The notes under the pieces are model-generated. The model was not told the origin of the DNA, did not search any database, and saw nothing but the letters and a program-made list of their open reading frames with translations. The translations under genes were made by a program, and so were the position numbers. From Methanobacteriota archaeon (GTDB taxonomy: Archaea > Thermoplasmatota > Poseidoniia > Poseidoniales > Thalassarchaeaceae), in NCBI GenBank assembly GCA_002698225.1, contig NZWD01000040.1, positions 1 to 57,336 on the forward strand: DNA of 57,336 bases, read 5' to 3'. Shown one piece after another: positions 43,897 through 53,309 of this stretch. Positions within the stretch are counted from its first letter, which is position 1, and each line of letters opens with the position of its first letter.

Positions 43897-46800
43897 TTAT
43901 TCACGTCGGCGGAGGTATTCCTCACCGTAGTAGTGCCACTGTTCCATGGTCCAACCCGGGGGTAATCCTTCTGGAGGCAGGGGAGGTACCATCGGAGGTG
44001 GAGGAGGTACTGAATCAGGGGCGGAAACAGGTTCTGGATAGGGAGTTGGTCCAGAGTCTGCTATGGCTGAATAGTCGATGGCAGATTCCGACTCAAATCG
44101 CTGGCGGCGAAGAGTGATGGCTAGAGCCAGTACTAGGGCTGCAGAAAGCAAGATTCCAATCAATAGAAGTCCTGTTGAGAACCACTTGCTGATTCCGTTG
44201 CTCGGAGTGGAATCCTCGCCTTCCTCGGGTTCGGGCTCCGTGACCTCGACTGGTTCTGTGGCAAACATCTTGAGTTGAATCTCAGTCAGTCTGTCGAACC
44301 CATCACTGTCTTCAGCTGAAACAGACAGAGTCACATAGTCTCCTATTCCAAGTCCGTTCCCGCTTGATGGATTCACTATGAAGGGACCCATATTATGAGA
44401 GATTCCGGAGGAGTGGCAAATGCCAGTAATCGAGTTGCAAACTGACCAAGTGACCCTAATGTCACTGAGTTCAAGTGGACCGACATTCTCTACTATCACC
44501 GTTGGATTGGTCCCATAGTCAATAGTGTCAAACGAAGCCACTAAATCAGAGTCCCACAGCAGAGGCAGATTATCTACAACTGTGACGGTAATCATGTACG
44601 CATTGGCATCACCATGGCGATCCTCGAGAGTGATTGTTACGGCCTCTATGCCTGCCTCTGACCATTCCATAGTTAGTATTCCAGTAATCGGATTATATTG
44701 AGCGGCACCGGGCACAAAGGTGGTCGCAGTTGCCCAAATCTCCTCTTCGGGGTCATCGATATCGGTTATTCTGTCTAACAACTCAAGAGTAACTCTCTCG
44801 CCCATCTCGACTGTGAACTCCTCGATCCCATCCATGTTCATGCGAGGTGCATCGTTGACATTTAGCACATGGAAGACAATAGTAGTATCAGAGGTCTTGG
44901 ATCCGTCGCTCGCTCTGATTCCTAGTTCGACCAATCCGTTTGAGTCATCATCAAGCGAGCTGACAGTTAGCGAGTGCCCAGAGATACTGGCCTCGACCAA
45001 AGATTCATCGGAATTGGAAATCAACTCCAGCGACAGTCCCGAGGTTGGAATTGGATTTCCGTTGTCATCTGTATCAGATAGGAAGCCAGTGAGGCTGATG
45101 CTTGCTGAGCCGCCCTCATCGAACGATTGCGACGGAATGGGCGCCCATCTTGGAGCTCCATTCTCTATTACATTAAACATCATCATTCCGGAATTAGTAT
45201 CATCGCCATCGTCAATTGTAACGAAAACAGCCTGTGGAATAGGATTGCCCTGACTGTCCCTGACTACTTCCTGGAAGTTTACTACCAGTTCCAAAGTTGA
45301 GGCGTCCCATTCGATGAACTCAGGTGAGTTACTGTCAATCATCAGCATAGACAGCGGCGTCTCTGCGTCATGTACAAGGCCGATTGCTGAAACTCTCTCT
45401 TCGGTCTCGACCTTTACTGTAGGCATGCCGGCATACTGCGAGCTATCGCCGTTGAGAACTACAGGGAGTCCGTTGCGCAGCACAAATGCCTCCTCTGCCA
45501 AAAGCCAGTCTCCCTGTTGCCCTCCAGAATCTGTCCATCTGATTCTGAGATCGTATGTTCCGATATCAGCGTTAAGAGGAGCGTCGATGGTGTGCAGGAA
45601 GCGAGCATTTCCTCCACTACCGACGAGGTCTGAGGAGGAAATCCATGCATCGTCCCAAAAGCCAGTTCCTGATATTGCATAGTGCATAGTTGGAGTCATG
45701 GTTGTCATATCGTCGACCAAGTCATTTGATAGAGCGGTGCTCTCGAACTGAATGGTATCGCCCCTGTCTATCGACACTGAAGCAACTGCGGAAGGCTGAT
45801 TCGCTACAGGTGCCATGTCATGTAAGGCATTGACATCGGCATAGTTGTTGGATGCAACCCTGTCCCCAGTCAGCCCGGATAGTCTGGACCTGAATGTTGT
45901 CGTACCTGATGCATAAGTGTCTATGTGAGATGTATCAAATTGGACCGTCAGGGATTGAGTGGAGCCGGGCTGAATAGATTGTATCGATGCCCCTCCAATG
46001 TATGATTCGTCCAATCCGACCAACTCGTAAATTGAGATCTCGCCACCATCGCTGTAAGCGTCCACGCCGTTATTGGTGACTTCCACTGTGATATCGAGAA
46101 GATTACCGGGGACGAATCCGAGATTACCGTTCTGATTGTCAGCCGAAAGATCAGCGACTCCGAGGTCCGTTAGAGGCACCATGCCCAGATCTGCCGCCGA
46201 CAGGAAACTGTTGTACGAAGAATGGGGGCCATCCATCAGGGCGATGACTGGCCAGAAGTTCTCGAACTGAGTATATCCTCCTGCAGCTCTAACTGTACTG
46301 AGGGGGACAGTCCAACTATTCTCAACAGGAGTGTTTGGCGTCAGAGTAAGTTGTTCGAATCCATTTCCGTTGCTGTTTAGAAGCCATTGCCTCCAGTTGT
46401 GATGAGGCCTGACTCCGTTGTCATATGCATCCCCTCCGACCTTCTCGGTTACAGCTGCGTACAGATATGCAGTGACTGAAGATGATGAGCCAAGATAGGT
46501 TGACTCTACAGTTACGGTGACTTGATTCGTTGCACTGTCCAATGCCACAGACAGATCTAGAGAGTAGTCACCTACATCTGAACTCATGCATCCTCCGGAA
46601 GAGTAGTCAGCATCGTAGTAGTTGGTTCCAGCCGCCCCGACCTTGTAGCAAGACCCTGTCTGAGTGTCTGCGAAAGAGAAGGTCGGGTAGCCGCCCGAGG
46701 ATGACATTACATGACTCCTGCGATTTATTGGGGCATCCGAGGGCCATCCTCCCGAAGAAGACTCGAATATGGAAACAAAAGTGAAGTCCTCAGGATTAGA

Positions 46801-47046
46801 AGACTTCAGATTATCGAGTGAGGGAGAGGCACTATTCATGCATGGACCACACCAGTGCGCTCCAACATACTCCCCGAACACCGGATGGCCCGGACTAGTG
46901 GCATACAGGGGCATCTCTCTCTGATCCAATTGCTCCCTATCGGGCATTTTGTCATCTACTGCGAGGAATGCGGTGAAGGACAGCATCACCACTAGTGTCG
47001 CTAGGGTCGTGGAACGAAGTAAATCGCTGAATTTACCGTAATCCAT
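43897..47046 (-). CDS. giant surface protein: signal anchor, thioredoxin-like WCGPC module, CARDB/cadherin-like repeats, C-terminal TM helix and a proline-rich cytoplasmic tail
   Basis: N-terminal TM LATLVVMLSFTAFLAV. EYVGAHWCGPCMN. Ig-like repeats ending in VLNVNDAPR (cadherin-type). TM LLLIGILLSAALVLALAITL, then PPPPPMVPPLPPEGLPPGWTMEQWHYYGEEYL. Confidence 0.65.
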   Translation of the reverse strand: MDYGKFSDLLRSTTLATLVVMLSFTAFLAVDDKMPDREQLDQREMPLYATSPGHPVFGEYVGAHWCGPCMNSASPSLDNLKSSNPEDFTFVSIFESSSGGWPSDAPINRRSHVMSSSGGYPTFSFADTQTGSCYKVGAAGTNYYDADYSSGGCMSSDVGDYSLDLSVALDSATNQVTVTVESTYLGSSSSVTAYLYAAVTEKVGGDAYDNGVRPHHNWRQWLLNSNGNGFEQLTLTPNTPVENSWTVPLSTVRAAGGYTQFENFWPVIALMDGPHSSYNSFLSAADLGMVPLTDLGVADLSADNQNGNLGFVPGNLLDITVEVTNNGVDAYSDGGEISIYELVGLDESYIGGASIQSIQPGSTQSLTVQFDTSHIDTYASGTTTFRSRLSGLTGDRVASNNYADVNALHDMAPVANQPSAVASVSIDRGDTIQFESTALSNDLVDDMTTMTPTMHYAISGTGFWDDAWISSSDLVGSGGNARFLHTIDAPLNADIGTYDLRIRWTDSGGQQGDWLLAEEAFVLRNGLPVVLNGDSSQYAGMPTVKVETEERVSAIGLVHDAETPLSMLMIDSNSPEFIEWDASTLELVVNFQEVVRDSQGNPIPQAVFVTIDDGDDTNSGMMMFNVIENGAPRWAPIPSQSFDEGGSASISLTGFLSDTDDNGNPIPTSGLSLELISNSDESLVEASISGHSLTVSSLDDDSNGLVELGIRASDGSKTSDTTIVFHVLNVNDAPRMNMDGIEEFTVEMGERVTLELLDRITDIDDPEEEIWATATTFVPGAAQYNPITGILTMEWSEAGIEAVTITLEDRHGDANAYMITVTVVDNLPLLWDSDLVASFDTIDYGTNPTVIVENVGPLELSDIRVTWSVCNSITGICHSSGISHNMGPFIVNPSSGNGLGIGDYVTLSVSAEDSDGFDRLTEIQLKMFATEPVEVTEPEPEEGEDSTPSNGISKWFSTGLLLIGILLSAALVLALAITLRRQRFESESAIDYSAIADSGPTPYPEPVSAPDSVPPPPPMVPPLPPEGLPPGWTMEQWHYYGEEYLRRRE

Positions 47047-47156
47047 CAGTTTGCGCCTAAGTGGGGGCTGTATAACCGTGTTGGGTTAATGTTTGGACAA
47101 TGTGCGGCTCTTTAGAGAGCCGAAGGTATTGATTACCTCCAATTGGACCAACTAGC

Positions 47157-47969
47157 ATGGATGGAGGCGCCGAGACAGAGTGGGTCGCTCTCCGGGAAGA
47201 TGATGGTAGAGCGTATCTGTTGCACAGAGTATCTGGCGAGGTCAAAGTCAAGGGACTGGGCCGATTTGATGCTAAGCAACTGCTCAGCGGCTACGGATTC
47301 GGAGACAGAATCACGGTCGGCCAGAAGTCTCTTACTGTCGTCGATCCAGCGCTTCCGGAAGCGCGTAGAAACATGGCTCGAAGGGCCCAAGTTATAGGAG
47401 CTAAAGATGCCGGTTTCCTGATTTCTTGGATGGGCATTGGAGTAGGCTCTAGAGTCCTGGAAGGAGGGCACGGTTCTGCAGGTCTAGCAATGCACCTAGC
47501 AAATGTCCTAGGTTCCTCTGGGACTCTTATTTCTGTTGAGGCGAGGCCTGAGCATGCAGTAGTTGGCAGGGCGAACATGGAGCGTCTAGCTGAGGTTATC
47601 CCAGAGTTCCCCAATTGGCACTTGATAGATGGTGATCTCGGTGAGGTTGGGAATAATGTCAGAGAGATTTGCGGCTCACTCGATGCTGCAATAATCGATG
47701 TGGCCGAACCTTGGCGCATCGTGCCAGCAATAGAGCCGCTGTTGCGTGCAGGTGGCAGGGTAGCTTGCTACTGCCCAACAACAATCCAGTTGGAGCGATC
47801 TTGGGAGTCGGCCCAGCGTCAGGGCTTGGTTGTCGAGTGGGCCGGTGAGATGATCGAGCGTAAGTGGGTCAAGGCGAGCAAAGGAGGAGTCAGGCCGGGC
47901 AATCAGCCCATGGGCCATACAGCCTTCATTCTGATTGCGGCGAAAATCGCCCCTCACGAAGAAGAGTGA
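47157..47969 (+). CDS. trmI: tRNA (adenine-N1)-methyltransferase TrmI (Gcd14 family)
   Basis: N-terminal beta domain, then RRAQVIGAKDAGFLISWMGIGVGSRVLEGGHGSAGL (SAM motif) and DAAIIDVAEPW. Confidence 0.75.
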   Translation: MDGGAETEWVALREDDGRAYLLHRVSGEVKVKGLGRFDAKQLLSGYGFGDRITVGQKSLTVVDPALPEARRNMARRAQVIGAKDAGFLISWMGIGVGSRVLEGGHGSAGLAMHLANVLGSSGTLISVEARPEHAVVGRANMERLAEVIPEFPNWHLIDGDLGEVGNNVREICGSLDAAIIDVAEPWRIVPAIEPLLRAGGRVACYCPTTIQLERSWESAQRQGLVVEWAGEMIERKWVKASKGGVRPGNQPMGHTAFILIAAKIAPHEEE

Positions 47970-48039
47970 GGCGGTACTTCTGAGTTGGATTGGCAACTTC
48001 AAAAGCAGAGTCTCTGATGTGGGTTGGACCTACAGAGTA

Positions 48040-48459
48040 ATGTTCAATGAATTTCTAAAATTCAACATTGTTGGAATTTTCAACTCTTCTTTCGCTTTGA
48101 TCCTTTATGAGGTCCTTTACTGGGTCGATCTTTGGCCCTCACACACTGCAGTAGCCGCTTGGGCTGTTTCAAGCGCAATAGGCAATGTAGAAGCCCACTT
48201 TATGCATTATAAATTCACATTCAATTCAACATTTTCCTATTTCAGAAGTCTGAATCGCGCATTTTGGACATATTCAGGCCAACTGGTAGTCACAACAATA
48301 TTTCATTATTTTATGGTTGAAGTTTTCCTCTTACATCATACATTAGCATGGTTCGTTAATACCTGTGTTTTTGGATACTTCAACTTTCTTCTGATTAGAT
48401 GGATTGCTTTTCCCCCTGAGCTCGACAAATCGTATCTAGGAAGATTGGCGGATGATTGA
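48040..48459 (+). CDS. GtrA-family membrane protein
   Basis: From the ATG at 48040: MFNEFLKFNIVGIFNSSFALILYEVLY. Four TM helices. Visibly AT-rich relative to its neighbours. The track ORF start (47935) overlaps trmI. Confidence 0.65.
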   Translation: MFNEFLKFNIVGIFNSSFALILYEVLYWVDLWPSHTAVAAWAVSSAIGNVEAHFMHYKFTFNSTFSYFRSLNRAFWTYSGQLVVTTIFHYFMVEVFLLHHTLAWFVNTCVFGYFNFLLIRWIAFPPELDKSYLGRLADD

Positions 48460-49918
48460 GCCTCATGACCCGATACCATTCAAAACCCCGTCCCGACACG
48501 AGAGGGTCATGAGGGACAGTAGCGGATGGAAGCCTACGGCCTATCGATCTCATACCATAGGTGATGTTACTTCGGGCGGCGCGGGGATGCTTGGCGAAGA
48601 GGTCACCATCTCTGGATACGCAGAAACAGTCCGGGGAAGAGGTGCAATCTGCTTCCTTATGCTGCGAGACGGAACTGGAAAGATTCAGGCATTCCTGAAA
48701 AGGGATAACATGGATGAATCGATTTTTGATGCAGTTCAGTCAGCAACGCGCGAATCGACTATACAAGTCAACGGCATTGTGGCTCAGAAGCGACCCCCTA
48801 AGGTTGCTGAAGGTGAACCTGCCCCTCCGCCAGAATACGAAATCAGCGTCACCTCAGCGGCTATTCTGGCTGAAGCCGCCACTCCTCTCCCAGTGGGAGT
48901 CACGGACGAAGTCAATGTCGGACTCGATGTCAGACTGGACAATCGCCATCTAGATGTCAGAAGAGAGCATGTGAATGCGATGTTTCAGCTTCGTAGCAAG
49001 GTTCTGCAATACGGGCGCGACTGTCTCATCTCCGAAGGCTTTCAGGAAATTAACACACCGAAAATAATCGCCGCTGCAGCTGAAGGCGGGACTAACCTAT
49101 TCCCAATGAAGTACTTCGAGACTGATGCGTACCTCTCGCAGAGTCCGCAGTTGTACAAGCAACTGGCAGTTCTAGGGGGGCTTGAAAGGGTCTTCGAAAT
49201 CGGCCCTGCCTTCAGAGCAGAGAAGCACGATACTTACAGGCATCTCAACGAATTCATCTCCTTCGACATCGAAGGTGCTTGGATGAATGACGAGGATGTA
49301 ATGGGCGTTCAAGAAAGAATGATTCACCACATCTGGAGTCAGGTCGCTGCCAATGACCAGGATCTTATCGGTGTGGTCAATGAGTACCGAGCCAGTCAAG
49401 GTCAAGATCCGATAACCGTAGAAGTCCCGAGTATCCCATTCCCGCGAATCCAGTACTGTGATGCTATCGAGATAGTCAGGGCAGGAGGAGAGGAGATTGA
49501 GTGGGGCGACGACATAGAGAGTCACCACTGTGACATCATTGCTGCAGAGTATCCGGGATTCCACTTCATACCCCGATGGCCGATGTCAATGAAGCCGTTC
49601 TACATCCACCACAAGGAGGAGGAGAAGGGTTCCTCGGGAGGACAGTTGAGCCGTGGGTTCGATCTTAATTATGGACGCGATGAGATGACTAGTGGCGGGC
49701 AGCGCGAGCATCGGGTCGATGTCCTCGAGCAGAACCTGCGAAATATGGGACTCGAGCCGGCTGATTTCACATTCTATACAGATGGTTTTCGCTACGGGGC
49801 GCCTCCGCACGCTGGATGGGGTTTGGGCGTGGCTAGACTGCTAATGGTGCTGACAGGAACAGGTAATGTCAGAGAAGTGGTCTTGTTCCCACGTGATAGA
49901 AGCCGAGTTACTCCCTAG
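48452..49918 (+). CDS. aspS: aspartyl-tRNA synthetase, archaeal type
   Basis: OB domain [23 protein letters not shown], class II motifs [31 protein letters not shown]. The start could instead be the ATG at 48509. Confidence 0.85.
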   Translation: MIEPHDPIPFKTPSRHERVMRDSSGWKPTAYRSHTIGDVTSGGAGMLGEEVTISGYAETVRGRGAICFLMLRDGTGKIQAFLKRDNMDESIFDAVQSATRESTIQVNGIVAQKRPPKVAEGEPAPPPEYEISVTSAAILAEAATPLPVGVTDEVNVGLDVRLDNRHLDVRREHVNAMFQLRSKVLQYGRDCLISEGFQEINTPKIIAAAAEGGTNLFPMKYFETDAYLSQSPQLYKQLAVLGGLERVFEIGPAFRAEKHDTYRHLNEFISFDIEGAWMNDEDVMGVQERMIHHIWSQVAANDQDLIGVVNEYRASQGQDPITVEVPSIPFPRIQYCDAIEIVRAGGEEIEWGDDIESHHCDIIAAEYPGFHFIPRWPMSMKPFYIHHKEEEKGSSGGQLSRGFDLNYGRDEMTSGGQREHRVDVLEQNLRNMGLEPADFTFYTDGFRYGAPPHAGWGLGVARLLMVLTGTGNVREVVLFPRDRSRVTP

Positions 49919-49961
49919 GAAATCCCAGTTTCCTTAGATTGCTGAAACAGTAGTTAATACG

Positions 49962-50477
49962 GTGAATCGATTATCAAAGAATATGAAAACTCGTTCTCTG
50001 GCTTGCCTGATGTGTATATTACTAGCCATTGCAGGAACGGTAGTTGGAGATACTTCTATCCAAAACGAGGGCGAGGTAGTGGTTGTCAGTGTAGATAGTA
50101 CTAATCTCCGGTTCTCACCGGAAACAATTACTCTGACTGAGGGAGATTCTGTTCGATTCTTCTGGAGCGGGGAGCTTCTCGCACACAATGCTGTGGAGCG
50201 TAATGGGTTGTTTGATTCGGGAGAGCCAATGCGTAATGTAGACTATACTTACACTTTCGAGATTGGAGAGAATGGGACATACGAGTATGTCTGCGAACCT
50301 CACGAGGAGTTCGGAATGGTAGGGACGATAGTAGTGGAGCCTGCTCCGATCAATCAAGAAGAAGTAGAACTGCAGGAAACTCCGGCGGACAAGTCGCTAC
50401 CAGGGTTCGGCTTGTGGATGGCCTTTGCAGCACTTTCATTGGCAATCGTAATGTCATCTCGGAGCAACCGAAAATAA
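49962..50477 (+). CDS. halocyanin/plastocyanin-like blue copper protein with a signal peptide and a PGF-CTERM-like anchor
   Basis: Type 1 Cu ligands LLAHNAV ... YVCEPHEEFGM (C-x2-H-x4-M). N-terminal signal LACLMCILLAIAG. C-terminus SLPGFGLWMAFAALSLAIVMSSRSNRK. Confidence 0.75.
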   Translation: MNRLSKNMKTRSLACLMCILLAIAGTVVGDTSIQNEGEVVVVSVDSTNLRFSPETITLTEGDSVRFFWSGELLAHNAVERNGLFDSGEPMRNVDYTYTFEIGENGTYEYVCEPHEEFGMVGTIVVEPAPINQEEVELQETPADKSLPGFGLWMAFAALSLAIVMSSRSNRK

Positions 50478-50510
50478 CGGGTATCTACGGCCCCTCCGCA
50501 GAGCGGGAAC

Positions 50511-51248
50511 ATGGCTAAGCCGAGATTCGCATACCTGCTCTTGAAGGAGCATCCATACGGTCGCGAGATGCTGCGCCAGATTCTCTCTGAGGGATTTGTC
50601 CCTACGATAGTGATTACAGAGGATTCGGCAATTGCAGATGAAGAGAGGGAGAAGTTCCTCAAACGCATTGAGGGGAATTCGATTGCGCCTACTATAGCGT
50701 CGCAATTGGCCGAATTAGCCGACTCAGGAGTCGAAGTCCCTCATATTGAGGTACCAATCCACAACTCTGAGCAGGTGATGCCACATATCACTGATATACC
50801 GCTGGATTTGATAGTCTTCGGAGGCACTAGAATCATACGAGGAGAAATCCTAGACCATCCCGAGGACGGGGTAATCAACTCTCACCCAGGGCTGCTTCCT
50901 GATTGCCGCGGCTCAGCCTCGCCCGCTTGGAGCGTTTACCATGATATCCCAATTGGCTCCTCCACTCATTTCTGTGACAATGGAATCGATACCGGGGAGT
51001 TGTTGCTAAGGAAGGAGGTTTCAGTAAAGAGAGGGATGACCTACGAAGACCTGTGCTACGAGACACTAGTGCTTGCAGGAGTTCTGATGAAGGAGGCTTT
51101 GATGGCTTACAAAGCCGGACAGTGGGAAGAGATGCGTAGACCACAAGGTGAAAGCGAGTACCCTACCTTCCGCAACGCGCCGGAGGAGGTGCTTGAGGTA
51201 GTGGACCAGAAACTCAGGGACCAGACTTACGCGCACTACAATGATTAG
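50511..51248 (+). CDS. formyltransferase-family protein (Fmt/PurN-like catalytic domain only)
   Basis: INSHPGLLPDCRGSASPAW (N-x-H...LLPxxRG) and FCDNGIDTGELL (catalytic Asp). 245 aa, no Fmt C-terminal domain. Confidence 0.7.
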   Translation: MAKPRFAYLLLKEHPYGREMLRQILSEGFVPTIVITEDSAIADEEREKFLKRIEGNSIAPTIASQLAELADSGVEVPHIEVPIHNSEQVMPHITDIPLDLIVFGGTRIIRGEILDHPEDGVINSHPGLLPDCRGSASPAWSVYHDIPIGSSTHFCDNGIDTGELLLRKEVSVKRGMTYEDLCYETLVLAGVLMKEALMAYKAGQWEEMRRPQGESEYPTFRNAPEEVLEVVDQKLRDQTYAHYND

Positions 51249-51256
51249 GTGATTAG

Positions 51257-52054
51257 ATGGAAGATTTACTCAACGATGGATTTCCTTTCGCAGAAGACTC
51301 GCTTGAAGGACAGACTGCCCTAGTTTGCGGCGCCTCGAAGGGCATAGGTCGTGCCTGTGCCCTGATGCTCGCTCGCGCGGGTGCGCGGGTAATCGCCTGC
51401 GCGCGCTCTCAGCGTAATCTCGACTCATTGATTTCTGAGATGCACGGGCAAGGACATGAGGCAATGATTCTTGATCTCGAGGATATCGATGCTGTAAGGC
51501 AGGCAGTCTCCTCGATGGGAGTCGTGCAAATCGTGGTTAACAACTCCGGGGGCCCTCCTGGGGGATCTCTGCTTGAGAATACTCTCGAGGACTTCGAGGG
51601 GCCGTTTCTCAGGCATCTCCATGCTGCTCACACCATAGTACAGATGCTCTCTCCGAGAATGAGGGAGGCGGGTAGCGGCAGGATAGTCAACATCATCTCG
51701 ACCTCAGTTCGCGAACCCATAGACAATATCGGACTGTCAAATACTCTGAGAGGAGCCATGGCGTCCTGGTCCAAGTCTCTATCTCGTGAACTGGACCCGT
51801 GTATAACCATCAACAACATACTCCCAGGATTCACCGATACTGACAGACTCGGCTCGTTGGCATCATCAATCTCGGAGAGAACTGGTAATTCAGTCGAGGA
51901 CATCACAGAGGGATGGCTTGGCGGAGTTCCAATACAGCGATTGGTCAATCCCCTAGAGACTGCTGTTGCAGTCACCTTCCTATGCCTACCTTCTAGCGGT
52001 GCTATTCGTGGAGTAAGTCTAGCTGTTGACGGCGGCAGGATGAGGTCAATCTGA
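51257..52054 (+). CDS. short-chain dehydrogenase/reductase (SDR) family protein with atypical active-site residues
   Basis: ALVCGASKGIGRA (Rossmann motif), VNNSGG, IVNIISTS, LPGFTDT. The position of YxxxK reads SNTLR in my manual alignment. Confidence 0.7.
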   Translation: MEDLLNDGFPFAEDSLEGQTALVCGASKGIGRACALMLARAGARVIACARSQRNLDSLISEMHGQGHEAMILDLEDIDAVRQAVSSMGVVQIVVNNSGGPPGGSLLENTLEDFEGPFLRHLHAAHTIVQMLSPRMREAGSGRIVNIISTSVREPIDNIGLSNTLRGAMASWSKSLSRELDPCITINNILPGFTDTDRLGSLASSISERTGNSVEDITEGWLGGVPIQRLVNPLETAVAVTFLCLPSSGAIRGVSLAVDGGRMRSI

Positions 52055-52060
52055 TTGGTG

Positions 52061-53308
52061 ATGCGCTTGCGCTTCGATGTCTTTTTCTCGATTTCCCAGA
52101 CACCCGACACCAGTGGTCGGACACCTAGTGAGAGCGAGATGTTCTCCAACTTCTTCAATCAAGTCGAGTTGGCTGATGAGCTGGGCTTCGGAGTAGGTTG
52201 GGTGGCTCAAGCGCACCTCTCGACGGAAGTCCAGAAGCGTAACTCCAAGCCGGTAGTTCCGCACTATCCAGGGGAGGTCGGGCTGTGCACCGACTTCTTC
52301 CAAGTCGCCAAAGAGATGTTTGCACGGACAAGTCATATGGATGTGGGCAGTGCTGTAATGTCGATTCTAGCCTCCGGTGGGCCGATAGCACAAGCTGAGA
52401 GAGTTGGTTCGTTCCTCGCACTGCATGGATTGGATCCAGAAGAGGTGCGCAGGCTGCATATCGGATTTTCCGCTGGACGTTTTGAATTCATGGCACGACC
52501 ATATGGAATCGTGCCACGCGATGCAGTAGAGGAAGCTGCATGGCCCGCCCTGCGGGGTCAGATATTCGCCGAGGCCTCAGAGATATTCCTCCGTCTACTC
52601 AAGGGTGAAGTAGTTTCGAGTGACATGATTCTTCCTACAGTTCTGAATAGAGATAGTTTCCGTTCCGACGAGGATTGGGAAAGAGTTCAGGGGGCTGCAA
52701 TATCGGAGCGAGGCCTGGGTTCAGCTCCTGACTCAATAGAGTTCGATTGTAGATATGAGTTTGAGGAGATTAAGACAATTCCTCAGCATTGGCGTAGAGA
52801 GCTTCTCAACCTCGTCCTAGGGAGTCATGATCCCGCCCTGCAGGTTGAGGTGAACAAGCATTTACCTGTACAGGTTTTCAACCTGAGCATAACTCCTCCT
52901 CACATAATAGAGCAGACACATCAAAGGATGTTCGAGAGCTACCATCCTGACGGTGGAGCTTGGCACCGAAGCATGATGCCGAGAACCATCATGGTGTTCG
53001 TAAACGACGAGGAGGGGCTCACTCCTGAACAGCAGGATGAGGCTGCAATGCAAGAGGCAAGGTCGGCCTTGGAGACATACTGGAAGGCTCTTGAGGGGAC
53101 GATAGACCCCTCAAAGATAGAGCGAGCAACCGACAATGCAGTGATTGGAAATGTACGGACAGTTAGCCGACAAATTTCCGAGAGATTCAATTCGGAGGAT
53201 CGTCTGATGTGCTGGTTCGACTTCTTTAACCACGATAGTGAGAGAGTGATGAGAAACATGACGGCATTCATGACTAAGGTCGCACCGCGGGTGAACGGGG
53301 GCGACTGA
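52061..53308 (+). CDS. luciferase-like monooxygenase (LLM) family flavin- or F420-dependent oxidoreductase
   Basis: MRLRFDVFFSISQTP...VELADELGFGVGWVAQAHL matches the bacterial-luciferase TIM-barrel N-terminus. ~415 aa. Candidate starts are TTG 52055, GTG 52058 and ATG 52061, directly after the SDR stop. Confidence 0.7.
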   Translation: MRLRFDVFFSISQTPDTSGRTPSESEMFSNFFNQVELADELGFGVGWVAQAHLSTEVQKRNSKPVVPHYPGEVGLCTDFFQVAKEMFARTSHMDVGSAVMSILASGGPIAQAERVGSFLALHGLDPEEVRRLHIGFSAGRFEFMARPYGIVPRDAVEEAAWPALRGQIFAEASEIFLRLLKGEVVSSDMILPTVLNRDSFRSDEDWERVQGAAISERGLGSAPDSIEFDCRYEFEEIKTIPQHWRRELLNLVLGSHDPALQVEVNKHLPVQVFNLSITPPHIIEQTHQRMFESYHPDGGAWHRSMMPRTIMVFVNDEEGLTPEQQDEAAMQEARSALETYWKALEGTIDPSKIERATDNAVIGNVRTVSRQISERFNSEDRLMCWFDFFNHDSERVMRNMTAFMTKVAPRVNGGD

Positions 53309-53309
53309 G

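Noticed and set aside
47057-47471. Minus-strand ORFs of 64 and 112 aa upstream of and antisense to trmI.
   Set aside because: They overlap the well-supported TrmI frame or the short promoter spacer, and they have no motifs or start context.
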